64,000 nucleotides of DNA from Candidatus Binataceae bacterium (GCA_035308025.1 DATGHL010000045.1:56014-120013), one strand, 5' to 3'; positions 28,122 through 38,497 are shown, numbered from the stretch's first letter. The notes: generated by a model from the sequence alone, not told the origin. Numbers and translations: made by a program.

Positions 28122-28786
28122 GTATCGAGGCGGCCGCGCTGACGGCGCGCAATAATTACTTCGAGGATTTCAACCTCGGCGACGTTTTCGAACACGCTCG
28201 CGGCAAGACCGTCGAGGGACTCGAGAACGTGCTCATCACGAATCTCGTGCTCAACACCGCCCAGGCGCACTTCAACGAGCATCTGTCGGAGTCGCTGCCG
28301 CAAAAGCATCGGATCGTTTTCGGCGGCGTCACGGCGTCGATCGTGATTGGCCTTGCGATGCAGGATACGGGCGAGAACGCGGTCGAGGAGGTCGGGCTTG
28401 ATAAGGTGCGCTTCCGCGTCCCGGTCCTGCACGGCGATACGCTCTACGCGTTTACCGAAGTCGTTGCGAAAGAAGCAGAGCCCGCCGACGCGCGCGGTCA
28501 TCGCGAAGTCGGGCTGGTCCATTTCCGCCACTGGGGAGTGAATCAGCGCAATGAGACCGTCTTCGAGGGCGAACGCACGACGCTGATCAAAAAACGCTCG
28601 TTCACGACCGACGGACTCGCCCTCCACGACGAGGTGGCGATTGCAGCGCCGGTCACACGGCGGCGTCCGGCGGCGAAAGCGCAGCGGCGTGCGGTCAAGC
28701 GCGCGCTGCCCGCGGCGATCAAGGCGCCGCGCTCGTTGAAAGGCGTCAAATTCAGGCCAAAGAACCGGCCGAAAAAACGCCGCTAA
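28118..28786 (+). CDS. MaoC-like hydratase with about 60-aa Lys/Arg-rich C-terminal tail
   Basis: 222 aa; FEDFNLGDVFEHARGKTV hot-dog domain to about residue 160. The tail is PVTRRRPAAKAQRRAVKRALPAAIKAPRSLKGVKFRPKNRPKKRR. Codon-3 G/C bias persists through the tail. Confidence 0.65.
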   Translation: MSIEAAALTARNNYFEDFNLGDVFEHARGKTVEGLENVLITNLVLNTAQAHFNEHLSESLPQKHRIVFGGVTASIVIGLAMQDTGENAVEEVGLDKVRFRVPVLHGDTLYAFTEVVAKEAEPADARGHREVGLVHFRHWGVNQRNETVFEGERTTLIKKRSFTTDGLALHDEVAIAAPVTRRRPAAKAQRRAVKRALPAAIKAPRSLKGVKFRPKNRPKKRR

Positions 28787-28820
28787 CTTCCACGCTGACT
28801 TTCCCCACGGAGAACCTGCG

Positions 28821-29723
28821 ATGCGCTTACGCCGATGCGAGCTGTCGACCCCGGGCAGTAATGAAAAGATGATCGAAAAGGCACTCGGCTCGAACGCCGA
28901 CGTGGTTTTTCTCGATCTCGAAGACGCGGTCGCGCCCAACCAGAAGGTTGAGGCGCGCGGCAAAGTGATCAAAGCGCTCAAGACCCTCGACTGGGGCAGA
29001 AAAACTCGCGCCGTCCGCATGAACAATATCGAGACCGAGTACGCCTACCAGGACGTGATCGAAGTCGCCGAGAATGCGGGCGAGCAGCTCGACGTGATCA
29101 TCATTCCGAAGGTCAAGGCGGCGCGCGACATCTTCTGGGTCGATACCCTGCTGACGCAGATCGAGACGCGGCTCAAGCGCAAGCACAAGATCGCGCTCGA
29201 ATGCCTGATCGAGGAGGTCGAGGCGCTAATCAACGTCGAGGAGATCGCGAAATCGTCGCGACGGCTGGAGGCGATTATCTTCGGGCCGGGCGATTTCAGT
29301 GCTTCGCAGGGCGTGCGGATGGGAAAGACTATCGGCGGCTCGATCACGACCTACCCGGGCGACATCTGGCACTACGCGCGCAGCAAGATCGTCGTCGCGG
29401 CGCGCGCCGCCGGCATCGAAGCGATCGACGGCCCCTATGCGGACTTCAAGAACCCGGCGGGCTATCGCGAGGAGGCGATCCGCTCGGCGACGATGGGTTT
29501 TGCGGGCAAGTGGGCGATCCATCCGAGCCAGATTGAATTAGCCAACGAGATGTTCTCGCCATCGCAAGAAGAGATCGATCGCGCGCGCCAGCTCGAAGCC
29601 GCTTACGCCAAGGCCGAAGCCGAGGGCCTCGGCGCGGTCACCTTCGACGGCGTGATGATCGACGCCGCCTCAGTGCGGATCATCCGCAACGTAATCGACA
29701 AGGCGAACCTGATCGGGCTCTGA
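28821..29723 (+). CDS. HpcH/CitE-family acyl-CoA lyase, L-malyl-CoA/beta-methylmalyl-CoA lyase-like
   Basis: 300 aa; RCELSTPGSNEKMIEKA, VFLDLEDAVAP, IIFGPGDFSAS, DGPYADFKN and GKWAIHPSQIELAN resemble Mcl/citramalyl-CoA lyases. Confidence 0.65.
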   Translation: MRLRRCELSTPGSNEKMIEKALGSNADVVFLDLEDAVAPNQKVEARGKVIKALKTLDWGRKTRAVRMNNIETEYAYQDVIEVAENAGEQLDVIIIPKVKAARDIFWVDTLLTQIETRLKRKHKIALECLIEEVEALINVEEIAKSSRRLEAIIFGPGDFSASQGVRMGKTIGGSITTYPGDIWHYARSKIVVAARAAGIEAIDGPYADFKNPAGYREEAIRSATMGFAGKWAIHPSQIELANEMFSPSQEEIDRARQLEAAYAKAEAEGLGAVTFDGVMIDAASVRIIRNVIDKANLIGL

Positions 29724-29762
29724 GCAGCGCGAGGTCAGAGAGTCTCGGCACCGCGCCCATCA

Positions 29763-31121
29763 TCACGCTTCCAGGGCATACGCATTCTCTTCGTGTTCGC
29801 TGAGGTCGAGGCCAAGTTGCTCGGCTTCGGCGTCCACGCGCAAACCGACCAAGGCGTCGGTGATCTTGAGCAGGATCAGGCTACCGCCAAAGGCAAACAA
29901 GACGCTCGCGGCGACCGCCACAACCTGAATCAGGAATTGGTGCGGATTACCATAAAAGAGCCCGTTGGCGCCCGCAGAATTGACCGCGACGTTGGCGAAG
30001 AGCCCCGTTGCCAGCGCACCCCAAATCCCGCCTACTCCATGCACTCCGACAACGTCCAGCGCGTCGTCGTAGAAAAACCACGACTTTATCCTCACAGCGC
30101 CATAGCAGAGCGCTCCGGCTATCAGGCCGATAACGATCGCGGACATCGGCCCAACAAAGCCGGAGCCGGGCGTAATTGCGACCAAACCAGCTACGGCCCC
30201 GCTCGCGGCTCCCAACACAGTCGGCTTGCCGGAAAGCCACCATTCCACGCAGATCCATGATAGCGTCGCCGCCGCTGCCCCAAGGTTGGTTGCGACAAAG
30301 GCGGAAACCGCCAGACCGTTGGCGGCAAGCGCACTGCCGGCATTGAAGCCGAACCATCCGACCCAAAGCAGCCCGGCCCCGGTTAAGGTCATCGTCAAAT
30401 TGTTTGGGTGGACCGGCTCATGCGGATAGCCGCGGCGGCGTCCGATCATCAGAACCGCGGCGAGCGCGGAAACGCCGGACGAGATGTGGACGACGGTGCC
30501 ACCCGCAAAATCGAGCGCGCCGAGTTGATGCAGCCAGCCGTCAACCGCCCACACCCAATGCGCGAGCGGGTCATATATCAGAGTGGTCCAGAGCATGCTG
30601 AAAACCACAAACCCTTTGAAAGAAATCCGCTCGGCGAAGGCCCCGGTGATCAGCGCCGGCGTAATTACAGCGAACATGCACTGAAACACCATGTAGGCCT
30701 GATGTGGAATCGTTGGCGCATACCAAGGATAAGCTTGGGTTGCGCTGACGTTCGCCAGACTCGCCCACTGCAGGCCGCCGATAAGCCCGTGCCAGGGCGA
30801 GAAGGCCAGGCTGTAGCCGAACAGCGCCCACTGCACCGAGATCAAGGCGACCAGAAAAAAGCTTTGCATGAGTGTGGCGAGGACGTTCTTGCGCCGCACC
30901 ATGCCGGCATAAAACAGCGCCAGTCCCGGCGCTGTCATCATCAGGACGAAGGCCGAAGAGGTCAGCACCCAGGCCGTGTCGCCGGCGCTGATCGACGCGA
31001 CCTGATCGGCGGCCCCGGCCGAAACGACAAAAAGCAGCGTGGTTGCGCTCACGGCGGCGACGGCGGTTACGAGTAGGGTGATTCGCGAACGCAGGCTCTT
31101 TTTTGATCTCGACATGGGCAA
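29763..31121 (-). CDS. amt: ammonium transporter
   Basis: 452 aa; DTAWVLTSSAFVLMMTAPGLALFYAGMVRRKN, FAGGTVVHISSG and DDALDVVGVHGVGGIWG are Amt signatures. No glnK is adjacent. Confidence 0.85.
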   Translation of the reverse strand: MPMSRSKKSLRSRITLLVTAVAAVSATTLLFVVSAGAADQVASISAGDTAWVLTSSAFVLMMTAPGLALFYAGMVRRKNVLATLMQSFFLVALISVQWALFGYSLAFSPWHGLIGGLQWASLANVSATQAYPWYAPTIPHQAYMVFQCMFAVITPALITGAFAERISFKGFVVFSMLWTTLIYDPLAHWVWAVDGWLHQLGALDFAGGTVVHISSGVSALAAVLMIGRRRGYPHEPVHPNNLTMTLTGAGLLWVGWFGFNAGSALAANGLAVSAFVATNLGAAAATLSWICVEWWLSGKPTVLGAASGAVAGLVAITPGSGFVGPMSAIVIGLIAGALCYGAVRIKSWFFYDDALDVVGVHGVGGIWGALATGLFANVAVNSAGANGLFYGNPHQFLIQVVAVAASVLFAFGGSLILLKITDALVGLRVDAEAEQLGLDLSEHEENAYALEA

Positions 31122-31269
31122 GGAAGGTATATTCAGCTTGGGAGCCGCTCAAGCAGTGCGCGGTTCGTTTGCGGCTCGCAGGCTGCTCGGCTTTCGAGCA
31201 GTTCGCAAATGTGCTCAAAGATTAGAACGCGATTCAACGAGGCGCGCGCAGCGCTATGAGGCTTTGACG

Positions 31270-32070
31270 ATGAGCAACGCGAAGAGCGAAAACCCGGTAT
31301 TGGTCGAGCACGAGGCGCCCCTCGGCTGGATCGTTATCAACCGTCCGGAGAAGCGCAACGCGCTGAACTTCGCGGCCTGGCGCGGCATCGTCGCGGCGAC
31401 GGAAGAACTCAACGCCGATCCGGCCGTGCGCGTGATCATCATGCGCGGCGTGTCGCGCGAGGCCTTTATCTCGGGCGCGGACATCTCCGAGTTCCCGAGT
31501 CATCGGGCAAACGCCGAGCAGGCGCGCAGCTATCGTTCGGCGCCGGGCAACGCCACCGACGCTTTGAGCCACAGCGCGAAGCCGGTGGTCGCGATGATCG
31601 CGGGCATCTGCATGGGCGGCGGACTACAAGTCGCGCTCTCCTGCGATATTCGCATCGCGGCGCGGGGGACGCGCTTCGGGATTCCGGCGGCGCGGCTGGG
31701 GCTCGCCTATCCGCTCGACGGCGTGCGCACGCTGTCGCAAATCGCGGGTCCCGCGAACGCCCGCGATATCCTCATGTCGGCGCGGACCTTCGGCGCCGAA
31801 GAGGCGCTCCAGATGGGGCTGCTCAATCGGCTGGTCGAGCCGGAAGAGCTCGAAGCGAACGTCCGCGATTACGCAACGCGCATGGCCGCCAACGCCCCGC
31901 TCACCATGGCCGCGGCGAAGGCGACGATTCGCGAAGGGTTGAAGGACGCCATTGATCAGGACCAGCAGAAGATCGCCGCGATGGTCGCGCGATGCTTCGA
32001 CAGCGAGGACTATAAGGAAGGCGTCCGCGCATTCCTCGAGAAGCGACCGCCACGCTTTTGCGGACGCTAG
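31270..32070 (+). CDS. enoyl-CoA hydratase/isomerase (crotonase) family
   Basis: I prefer ATG 31270 (MSNAKSENPVLVEHEAPLGWIVINRPEKRNALN), 266 aa. The oxyanion-hole region is ISGADISEF / GICMGGGLQVAL. Confidence 0.8.
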   Translation: MSNAKSENPVLVEHEAPLGWIVINRPEKRNALNFAAWRGIVAATEELNADPAVRVIIMRGVSREAFISGADISEFPSHRANAEQARSYRSAPGNATDALSHSAKPVVAMIAGICMGGGLQVALSCDIRIAARGTRFGIPAARLGLAYPLDGVRTLSQIAGPANARDILMSARTFGAEEALQMGLLNRLVEPEELEANVRDYATRMAANAPLTMAAAKATIREGLKDAIDQDQQKIAAMVARCFDSEDYKEGVRAFLEKRPPRFCGR

Positions 32071-32199
32071 TGGAGCCGGGGGGCGGCGGAGTCTGCGACG
32101 CGCGTAAAGGTCGATTGCCGCGCGGAGCGCGCAGGCGAGTTTTGATCGAGGCCGCGGCTCGCGGACTCGCCCGCCCCCTGGACCTGCGTCAAGATTCTT
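32068..32199 (+). repeat. dispersed GC-rich intergenic repeat, composite copy F (inverted pair)
   Basis: Starts with the TAG stop of the crotonase gene (CTAGTGGAGC). Imperfect inverted arms GGGGGCGGCGGAGTCTGCGACGCGCG and GCGGCTCGCGGACTCGCCCGCCCCC. Ends CTGCGTCAAGATTCTT, 35 nt before the P450 start. Confidence 0.75.
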
Positions 32200-32233
32200 A
32201 ATTAGTGAATTGCGGCAACGCCGGTCGAGGAAA

Positions 32234-33418
32234 ATGAGCGAACAGATTTACTTCAATCCGTGGGACGAGGGCTTCCGCGCCAATCCCTATCCGCACTACC
32301 AGGCCTTCATCGGACGGCCGCCGCAGCTCTTGAACATGTTCTTTCCGATCGCGCTGATCGGCAGCTATGCCGATGCCGTCGCGATCCTGCACGATCCCGC
32401 ACGCTTTTCGAGCGACGTGCGTCCGCTAGATCGCGTCGAGGTCTTCGGTGACGCGCCGCGGCTGCTCTTCGCCGATCCGCCGACCCATACGCGACTGCGC
32501 AAGCTGGTCAGTCGCGCCTTCACGCCGCGGCGGATCAGCGACCTCGAGCCCAAGATTCGCGAATTTACCGCCCACCTGCTCGAGCACGCCGCGGCCAAGG
32601 GTGAATTCGAACTGATGGCGGACCTCGCGGTGCCGCTGCCCGTGATGGTGATCGCGGAGATGCTCGGCGTACCGCCGGCCGACTATGAAAAGTTCAAGAC
32701 CTGGTCTGACGCGATCATCGATTCTGATAATACTCTGCCCGGGACGCCGCTGCCGCCCGTCGTGGCCGAGGCGTTTGCCGCACTGCGACATTTTTTCATC
32801 GGCGAGATCGCCAAGCGACGCCAGCGTCCGGGTCCCGATCTGGTCAGTGCGCTGGTGGCGGCGCGCGACGAGAGTGACGCGCTGAGCGAAGAGGAACTGA
32901 TCGCCTTCGTGATTCTGCTGTTGCTGGCGGGCAATGAAACCACGACCAACCTGATCGGCAACGGCATGCTCGCCCTGATGCGCCATCCCGAACAAATTGA
33001 GCGCTTGCGCGTCGATCCGAGCCTGACGCCGCGCGCGATCGAGGAGATGTTGCGTTACGATCCGCCGGCGCAGTCCGTAGTGCGCATCACGAAAGAGGAC
33101 GTCGTGATCAACGGCGTCGAGATCAAGGCGGACTCCGCAGTCTTTGTCGTGGTGGCCGCGGCGAATCGCGATCCGGCGCACTTCGCCAATCCAGAGACGT
33201 TCGACATTACGCGGCATCCGAATGACCATCTGGCGTTCGGCGACGGCATTCATTTCTGCCTGGGCGCAGCGCTGGCGCGATTGGAGGGCACGATCGCATT
33301 TACCGCGATGCTCGCGCGCTTCCCGCACTTAAGCCCGCTCGATGCCGCCCTCGAGCCGAAATACAAGGGCTCATATTTTCTGCGCGGACTCGCCGACTTG
33401 CGCGTCGCGATCGCCTGA
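32234..33418 (+). CDS. cytochrome P450
   Basis: I prefer ATG 32234, after GAGGAAA. Heme-binding FGDGIHFCLGAALARLE, EEMLRY (ExxR) and LLLAGNETT (I-helix). Confidence 0.9.
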   Translation: MSEQIYFNPWDEGFRANPYPHYQAFIGRPPQLLNMFFPIALIGSYADAVAILHDPARFSSDVRPLDRVEVFGDAPRLLFADPPTHTRLRKLVSRAFTPRRISDLEPKIREFTAHLLEHAAAKGEFELMADLAVPLPVMVIAEMLGVPPADYEKFKTWSDAIIDSDNTLPGTPLPPVVAEAFAALRHFFIGEIAKRRQRPGPDLVSALVAARDESDALSEEELIAFVILLLLAGNETTTNLIGNGMLALMRHPEQIERLRVDPSLTPRAIEEMLRYDPPAQSVVRITKEDVVINGVEIKADSAVFVVVAAANRDPAHFANPETFDITRHPNDHLAFGDGIHFCLGAALARLEGTIAFTAMLARFPHLSPLDAALEPKYKGSYFLRGLADLRVAIA

Positions 33419-33432
33419 AAGCCCACCCCCGG

Positions 33433-34758
33433 ATGGATCCGATTACCAGCCTCGAGACGGCCGCAGAGGCGGCCCGCGCAGCCCCTCGCACGCGCTTCCC
33501 TTTCATCGCGCGGCGCCTCCCGCCTTTCACGCCGCGCCAGTGGCGGGTTTTCTGGATTTCCACCACCGCCGGATATTTCGACAACTACGACAGCGCGCTG
33601 CTGAGCCTCGCGCTGAAGCAGATTCAGCAAGGCCTCGGGATCGCCGAGGCGAGCCTGGGCGCGATGTTCTCTGCGGTGCGCCTGGGCAATCTGGGCGCGA
33701 TGCTGATCGCGCCGCTCGCCGACGTCTATGGCCGCCGCCGGCTACTGCTCTATACGATTGCGGGCTACACCATCTTTACCGGCTTGAGCGCCTTTGCGCC
33801 CGGCGCGCGCAGCTTCATCGCCGCGCAGGTGCTCGCGCGGATTTTTTCCGGCAGCGAGGTGACTATCTCGCTGGTGCTTCTTGCCGAGGAGATGGACGCC
33901 GCCGTGCGCGGCTGGGCGATTGGACTGTGGGAGGCGCTCGCGATCTGTGGCTACGGCCTCGCCGCGATCGTCTTCGCATTTATCACGGTTATGCCCTTCG
34001 GCTGGCGTGGATTGTACACCTTGGCGCTGATTCCACTTTTCCTGTTGATCCCGCTTCGGCGGGCGCTGCCCGAGAGCCGGCGCTTTGATGCGGAAGTCGC
34101 AGCCGGCCGCCGCCCGCCCAGCGTCTTCGCGCCGATTGTCGCGCTCGGCAGAGCCTACCCGGGCCGCTTGGCGTCCATCGGGGGCGTCTGGTTTCTCTAT
34201 ACGCTGGGCGCATCACCCGCGAACGTCTTTATCCCCAAGTATTTGCAGGAAGTGCTGCATTGGTCGCCGGCGAATGTCTCTTCGCTCTATGTTTTCGGCG
34301 GCGCGATCGGGATTCTCGGCAGCATCGTCGCGGGCCGCGCCAGCGATCGCTTCGGGCGGCGGACGATGGGCGTGGCCTTCATGCTCGGCGGACCTGCCCT
34401 GCAACTGATGATCTATTCGGTCGGCGGCCGTTGGGTGAGCGCCTACTGGATTGCCTGGCTGTTCTGCGAACAGGCCACGATGACCATCCTTAACGCCTAC
34501 GGCACGGAGCTCTTCCCGACCTCGCAGCGCGCCGCTGCGGGCAGTGCGCTGATGGTGGCGAAGTCGGGCGGCGGCGCGATCGGCCTGATGCTCGAGACGA
34601 TCTTCTATAGTGCGGCAGGCAGCCATTGGCGGGCGATCCGCTGGTTGCTGGGTTTTTGGTTCGCCGCGGCCATCCTTATGCTAATCCTCTTTCCGGAGAC
34701 CGCCGGCCGCGAACTCGAAGCGACCGCGCCGGAGGCCGGGGACGCAACGGTAACCTGA
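33433..34758 (+). CDS. MFS transporter
   Basis: 441 aa; about 12 hydrophobic segments. PLADVYGRRR matches the MFS loop 2-3 motif, and there is a second GRASDRFGRR. Confidence 0.75.
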   Translation: MDPITSLETAAEAARAAPRTRFPFIARRLPPFTPRQWRVFWISTTAGYFDNYDSALLSLALKQIQQGLGIAEASLGAMFSAVRLGNLGAMLIAPLADVYGRRRLLLYTIAGYTIFTGLSAFAPGARSFIAAQVLARIFSGSEVTISLVLLAEEMDAAVRGWAIGLWEALAICGYGLAAIVFAFITVMPFGWRGLYTLALIPLFLLIPLRRALPESRRFDAEVAAGRRPPSVFAPIVALGRAYPGRLASIGGVWFLYTLGASPANVFIPKYLQEVLHWSPANVSSLYVFGGAIGILGSIVAGRASDRFGRRTMGVAFMLGGPALQLMIYSVGGRWVSAYWIAWLFCEQATMTILNAYGTELFPTSQRAAAGSALMVAKSGGGAIGLMLETIFYSAAGSHWRAIRWLLGFWFAAAILMLILFPETAGRELEATAPEAGDATVT

Positions 34759-34787
34759 TCGAACATGAAGCCGTTGAGCTTGTTTCG

Positions 34788-35261
34788 ATGAACTGGCTTC
34801 GACTAAAGCTGCTCGGCGCAGCTTTTTTCGGTGTTGTAGTGTGCGCGACGATCGCGGCCTGCGCAGACTCGCCGCGCGTTGCGATCGTCTCCTCCGACGG
34901 CGCGATACGCACGGTCGTGAACGTCGAGATCGCGAATACACCTTCAGAGCGCGAGCTCGGCCTGATGTACCGCCAGCATCTCGACGCCGATGCCGGCTTG
35001 CTCTTCGTTTTTCCCGCCGTCGACCACCTGACTTTCTGGATGAAAAACACGGAAATTCCGCTCGACATGATCTTCGCCGACGGTGACGGCAAAATCCTCG
35101 GCGTCGTGGAGAACGCAACGCCCTACACTGAGAATTCGCGCAGCGTCGAGGGCGACTCGCTCTACGTGCTCGAAGTTAACGGCGGCTTCGCGAAACGCTA
35201 TCACCTGCGCGTCGGCGACCGGCTCAAATTTATGAGTTTCGTGCCGAAAGCCGCCGAATAA
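34788..35261 (+). CDS. DUF192-domain secreted protein
   Basis: I prefer ATG 34788 (MNWLRLKLLGAAFFGVVVCATIAAC). GLMYRQHLDADAGLLFVF and FWMKNTEIPLDMIF are DUF192 signatures. Confidence 0.6.
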   Translation: MNWLRLKLLGAAFFGVVVCATIAACADSPRVAIVSSDGAIRTVVNVEIANTPSERELGLMYRQHLDADAGLLFVFPAVDHLTFWMKNTEIPLDMIFADGDGKILGVVENATPYTENSRSVEGDSLYVLEVNGGFAKRYHLRVGDRLKFMSFVPKAAE

Positions 35262-35381
35262 TTCCCCGTTTGTTCGCCACGGACGATGAGACTTCCCCGC
35301 GCTGGCAGCCAATTGATATAGTCCGCGCCTGCGTCGTATCCTGACGCGGCATTTCACTTTGCGGGTATCCGGGTTTAAGCG

Positions 35382-36932
35382 ATGGGTTTGAAGGAAAACG
35401 TCGAGCGCATCCAGCATCTGACGCGCCAGGCCGAACTCGGCGGCGGGGAGGAGCGCCTCAAGCGCCAGCGCGAAGGCGGTCGCATGACCGCGCGCGAGCG
35501 CGTGCTCTTTTTGCTCGATCGCGATTCCTTTGTCGAACTCGACAAATTCAAAACTCATCGCACGACCGATTTCGGGATGGGTGAGCGTAAAGTGCCGGGC
35601 GACGGTGTGGTCACAGGTTACGGCACGATCGACAGGCGCCAGGTCTGCGTTTTCTCGCAGGACTTCACGGTGCTGGGCGGGAGTCTCTCGGGCGCTTTCG
35701 CGGAAAAAGTCTGCAAGGTGATGGACCTGGCGGCGAAGGTCGGCTGTCCGGTGATCGGCTTGAACGATTCCGGCGGCGCGCGCATCCAGGAAGGGGTGAT
35801 GTCGCTGGCTGGCTACGCCGACATTTTCTTGCGCAACGTGCTGTCGTCGGGCGTTGTCCCGCAAATCTCAGCGATCATGGGACCCTGCGCCGGCGGCGCG
35901 GTCTATTCGCCCTCGATGACTGATTTCGTCGTGATGGTGCGCGACACCTCCTACATGTTTATCACCGGCCCGGACGTGATTAAGGCGACGACGCACGAGG
36001 AAGTCACGATGCAGGAATTGGGCGGCGCGGACACCCACTCGACGAAGTCCGGCGTTTGCCATCTCGAAGAAGCCGACGATGCCGGCGCGCTGCTCGCGAT
36101 CCGCGAGCTGCTCTCCTACATGCCCGCGAACAATGCCGAGGATCCCCCGTTCCGGGCTTCATCCGATGACCCCAACCGGCGCGACGAAGCCTTGGACACG
36201 CTCGTGCCCGAGAACGCCAACAAGCCCTATGACATGCGCGAGATCATTACCCGGATCGTCGATGACGGGCACTGGCTCGAGATTCAGAAGGACTGGGCGC
36301 AGAACATGCTGATCGGCTTCGCGCGGCTGGGCGGCGCGTCGGTGGGTATCGTCGCGAACCAGCCCGCCTATCTCGCCGGATGCCTCGATATCGACGCCTC
36401 GGTGAAGGGCGCGCGCTTCGTGCGCTTCTGCGATTGCTTCAACATTCCGATTATCACTTTAGTCGATGTCCCCGGTTTTCTGCCTGGCACCACACAGGAG
36501 TTCGGCGGGATTATCCGCCATGGCGCGAAGCTGCTCTATGCCTTTTGCGAAGCCACCGTGCCGAAAATCACGATCATCACGCGGAAGTCCTATGGCGGCG
36601 CCTACGTCGTGATGTCCTCGAAGCATATCCGCGGCGACTTCAACTTCGCCTGGCCCACCGCCGAGATCGCGGTGATGGGTCCCGACGGCGCCGTCAATAT
36701 CATCTTTCGCAACGAGATCCAGAATGCGACAGACGCGGTGGCGGAAAAGACCCGGCTGGTGGACGAATATCGCCAGACCTTCGCCAATCCGTTCAAAGCC
36801 GCCGAGCTGGGATACATTGACGAGGTCTTGATGCCGCGCGACACGCGACCCCGTTTGATCGCCTCGCTCAAGGCGCTGGCCAACAAGCACGACTCGAATC
36901 CGCCGCGCAAGCACGGCAATATCCCTCTGTAG
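35382..36932 (+). CDS. acyl-CoA carboxylase carboxyltransferase (beta) subunit, propionyl-CoA carboxylase/methylmalonyl-CoA carboxyltransferase type
   Basis: 516 aa; [34 protein letters not shown] and [13 protein letters not shown]. Confidence 0.85.
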   Translation: MGLKENVERIQHLTRQAELGGGEERLKRQREGGRMTARERVLFLLDRDSFVELDKFKTHRTTDFGMGERKVPGDGVVTGYGTIDRRQVCVFSQDFTVLGGSLSGAFAEKVCKVMDLAAKVGCPVIGLNDSGGARIQEGVMSLAGYADIFLRNVLSSGVVPQISAIMGPCAGGAVYSPSMTDFVVMVRDTSYMFITGPDVIKATTHEEVTMQELGGADTHSTKSGVCHLEEADDAGALLAIRELLSYMPANNAEDPPFRASSDDPNRRDEALDTLVPENANKPYDMREIITRIVDDGHWLEIQKDWAQNMLIGFARLGGASVGIVANQPAYLAGCLDIDASVKGARFVRFCDCFNIPIITLVDVPGFLPGTTQEFGGIIRHGAKLLYAFCEATVPKITIITRKSYGGAYVVMSSKHIRGDFNFAWPTAEIAVMGPDGAVNIIFRNEIQNATDAVAEKTRLVDEYRQTFANPFKAAELGYIDEVLMPRDTRPRLIASLKALANKHDSNPPRKHGNIPL

Positions 36933-36951
36933 CGAAAGCCGCCAAGAAGTA

Positions 36952-38469
36952 ATGTTCAAGCGAATTCTGATAGCAAATCGCGGCGAGATCGCGGTGCGCG
37001 TGATTCGCGCCTGCCGTGACCTCGGGATCGAGGCGGTCGCGGTTTTTTCCGAAGCCGATCGCGCGGCGCTCCATGTGCGCGAAGCCGACTACGCCGTGGC
37101 AGTCGGACCCGCTCCGGCCGCGCAGAGTTACCTCAACACGGATCGCATCCTCGACGCCGCCAAACGGACCGGCGCCGAAGCGATTCATCCGGGTTATGGC
37201 TTTTTTTCGGAAAACGCCGGCTTTGCCCGCGCCGTCGAAGCCGCCGGCATCGTCTTTATCGGCCCGCCGCCGAGCGCGATCGAAAAGATGGGCGACAAGG
37301 TCGAGGCGCGTAAGCTGATGGCCGCGGCGGGCGTGCCGGTTGTGCCCGGCTCGCCCGGCACACTCGAGACCGAAGAGCAGGTGCGCGCGGTCGCGAAAAA
37401 GATCGGCCTTCCGATCATGCTCAAAGCCGCGGCCGGCGGCGGCGGCAAGGGCATGCGGCTGGTGGAGCAGGACAAGGATTTAGCAGCGGCCGTGCGGACG
37501 GTCGCCAGCGAGGCTAAATCGTCATTCGGCGACGGCCGCTTCTATGTCGAGAAGTTCGTCAACCGCCCGCGCCATATCGAGATCCAGGTCTTCGCCGATA
37601 AGGCCGGCAACACCGTCCATCTGTTCGAGCGCGAATGTTCGATTCAGCGCCGGCATCAAAAGGTAGTCGAGGAATCGCCGTCGCCGTTCATCACGCCGGC
37701 GATGCGCTCGGCGATGGGCGAAGTCGCGGTCAAGGCGGCGCGCGCCGTGAACTATGTCGGCGCCGGCACGATCGAGTTTCTCGCCGACGCTGAGCGCAAT
37801 TTCTACTTCCTCGAGATGAACACGCGCATCCAGGTCGAGCATCCGGTCACCGAGATGGTGACGGGAATCGATCTCGTCAAGACGCAAATCGAAGTCGCGG
37901 CAGGCTTGCCCCTACCCTTCAGCCAAAGCGATTTGCGCCAGCACGGTTGGGCGCTCGAATGCCGGATTTACGCCGAGGACTCCGCCGCGGGCTTTGTTCC
38001 CGCGCCCGGACGAATCGACTCGATGACTTTTCCCGACGGCCCCGGCGTGCGCGTTGACGCCGGCGTCTATGCGGGTGCGGAGGTTTCGGTCTTTTACGAT
38101 CCGATGATCGCGAAGCTCGCGACCTGGGGCCGTGACCGTGCCGAGGCGCTCGCGCGGATGCGGCGGGCGCTTGGCGAATTCAGGATTGCCGGCGAGCTTT
38201 CGACCAACCTCGATTTCCATCAGTGGATCACCGCTCATCCGCGCTTCATCGCCGGCGATTTCGACACCAACTTCATCGCGCAGGAGTACCGCCCGCAAAC
38301 GGATGCCAAGACTGACGATCCGGTGCGCGTCAGCGCGATAATCGCCGCGGCCTTTGCCGCGCAGCGCGCCGGCAATCACACCGCCGGGGGCGCGCCGCTG
38401 GCCGCGCCCGCGACTGATACCTTCTCACCGTGGAAGATGGTCGGCCGCAGCCGCATCCTGGGGCGATAG
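36952..38469 (+). CDS. accC: biotin carboxylase subunit
   Basis: 505 aa; MFKRILIANRGEIAVRVIRACR, HPGYGFFSENA, ATP-grasp KAAAGGGGKGMR, EMNTRIQVEHPVTE. No fused BCCP domain. Confidence 0.85.
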   Translation: MFKRILIANRGEIAVRVIRACRDLGIEAVAVFSEADRAALHVREADYAVAVGPAPAAQSYLNTDRILDAAKRTGAEAIHPGYGFFSENAGFARAVEAAGIVFIGPPPSAIEKMGDKVEARKLMAAAGVPVVPGSPGTLETEEQVRAVAKKIGLPIMLKAAAGGGGKGMRLVEQDKDLAAAVRTVASEAKSSFGDGRFYVEKFVNRPRHIEIQVFADKAGNTVHLFERECSIQRRHQKVVEESPSPFITPAMRSAMGEVAVKAARAVNYVGAGTIEFLADAERNFYFLEMNTRIQVEHPVTEMVTGIDLVKTQIEVAAGLPLPFSQSDLRQHGWALECRIYAEDSAAGFVPAPGRIDSMTFPDGPGVRVDAGVYAGAEVSVFYDPMIAKLATWGRDRAEALARMRRALGEFRIAGELSTNLDFHQWITAHPRFIAGDFDTNFIAQEYRPQTDAKTDDPVRVSAIIAAAFAAQRAGNHTAGGAPLAAPATDTFSPWKMVGRSRILGR

Positions 38470-38497
38470 CCTTGGCGCGAGCAGTGAAACACTTCTG

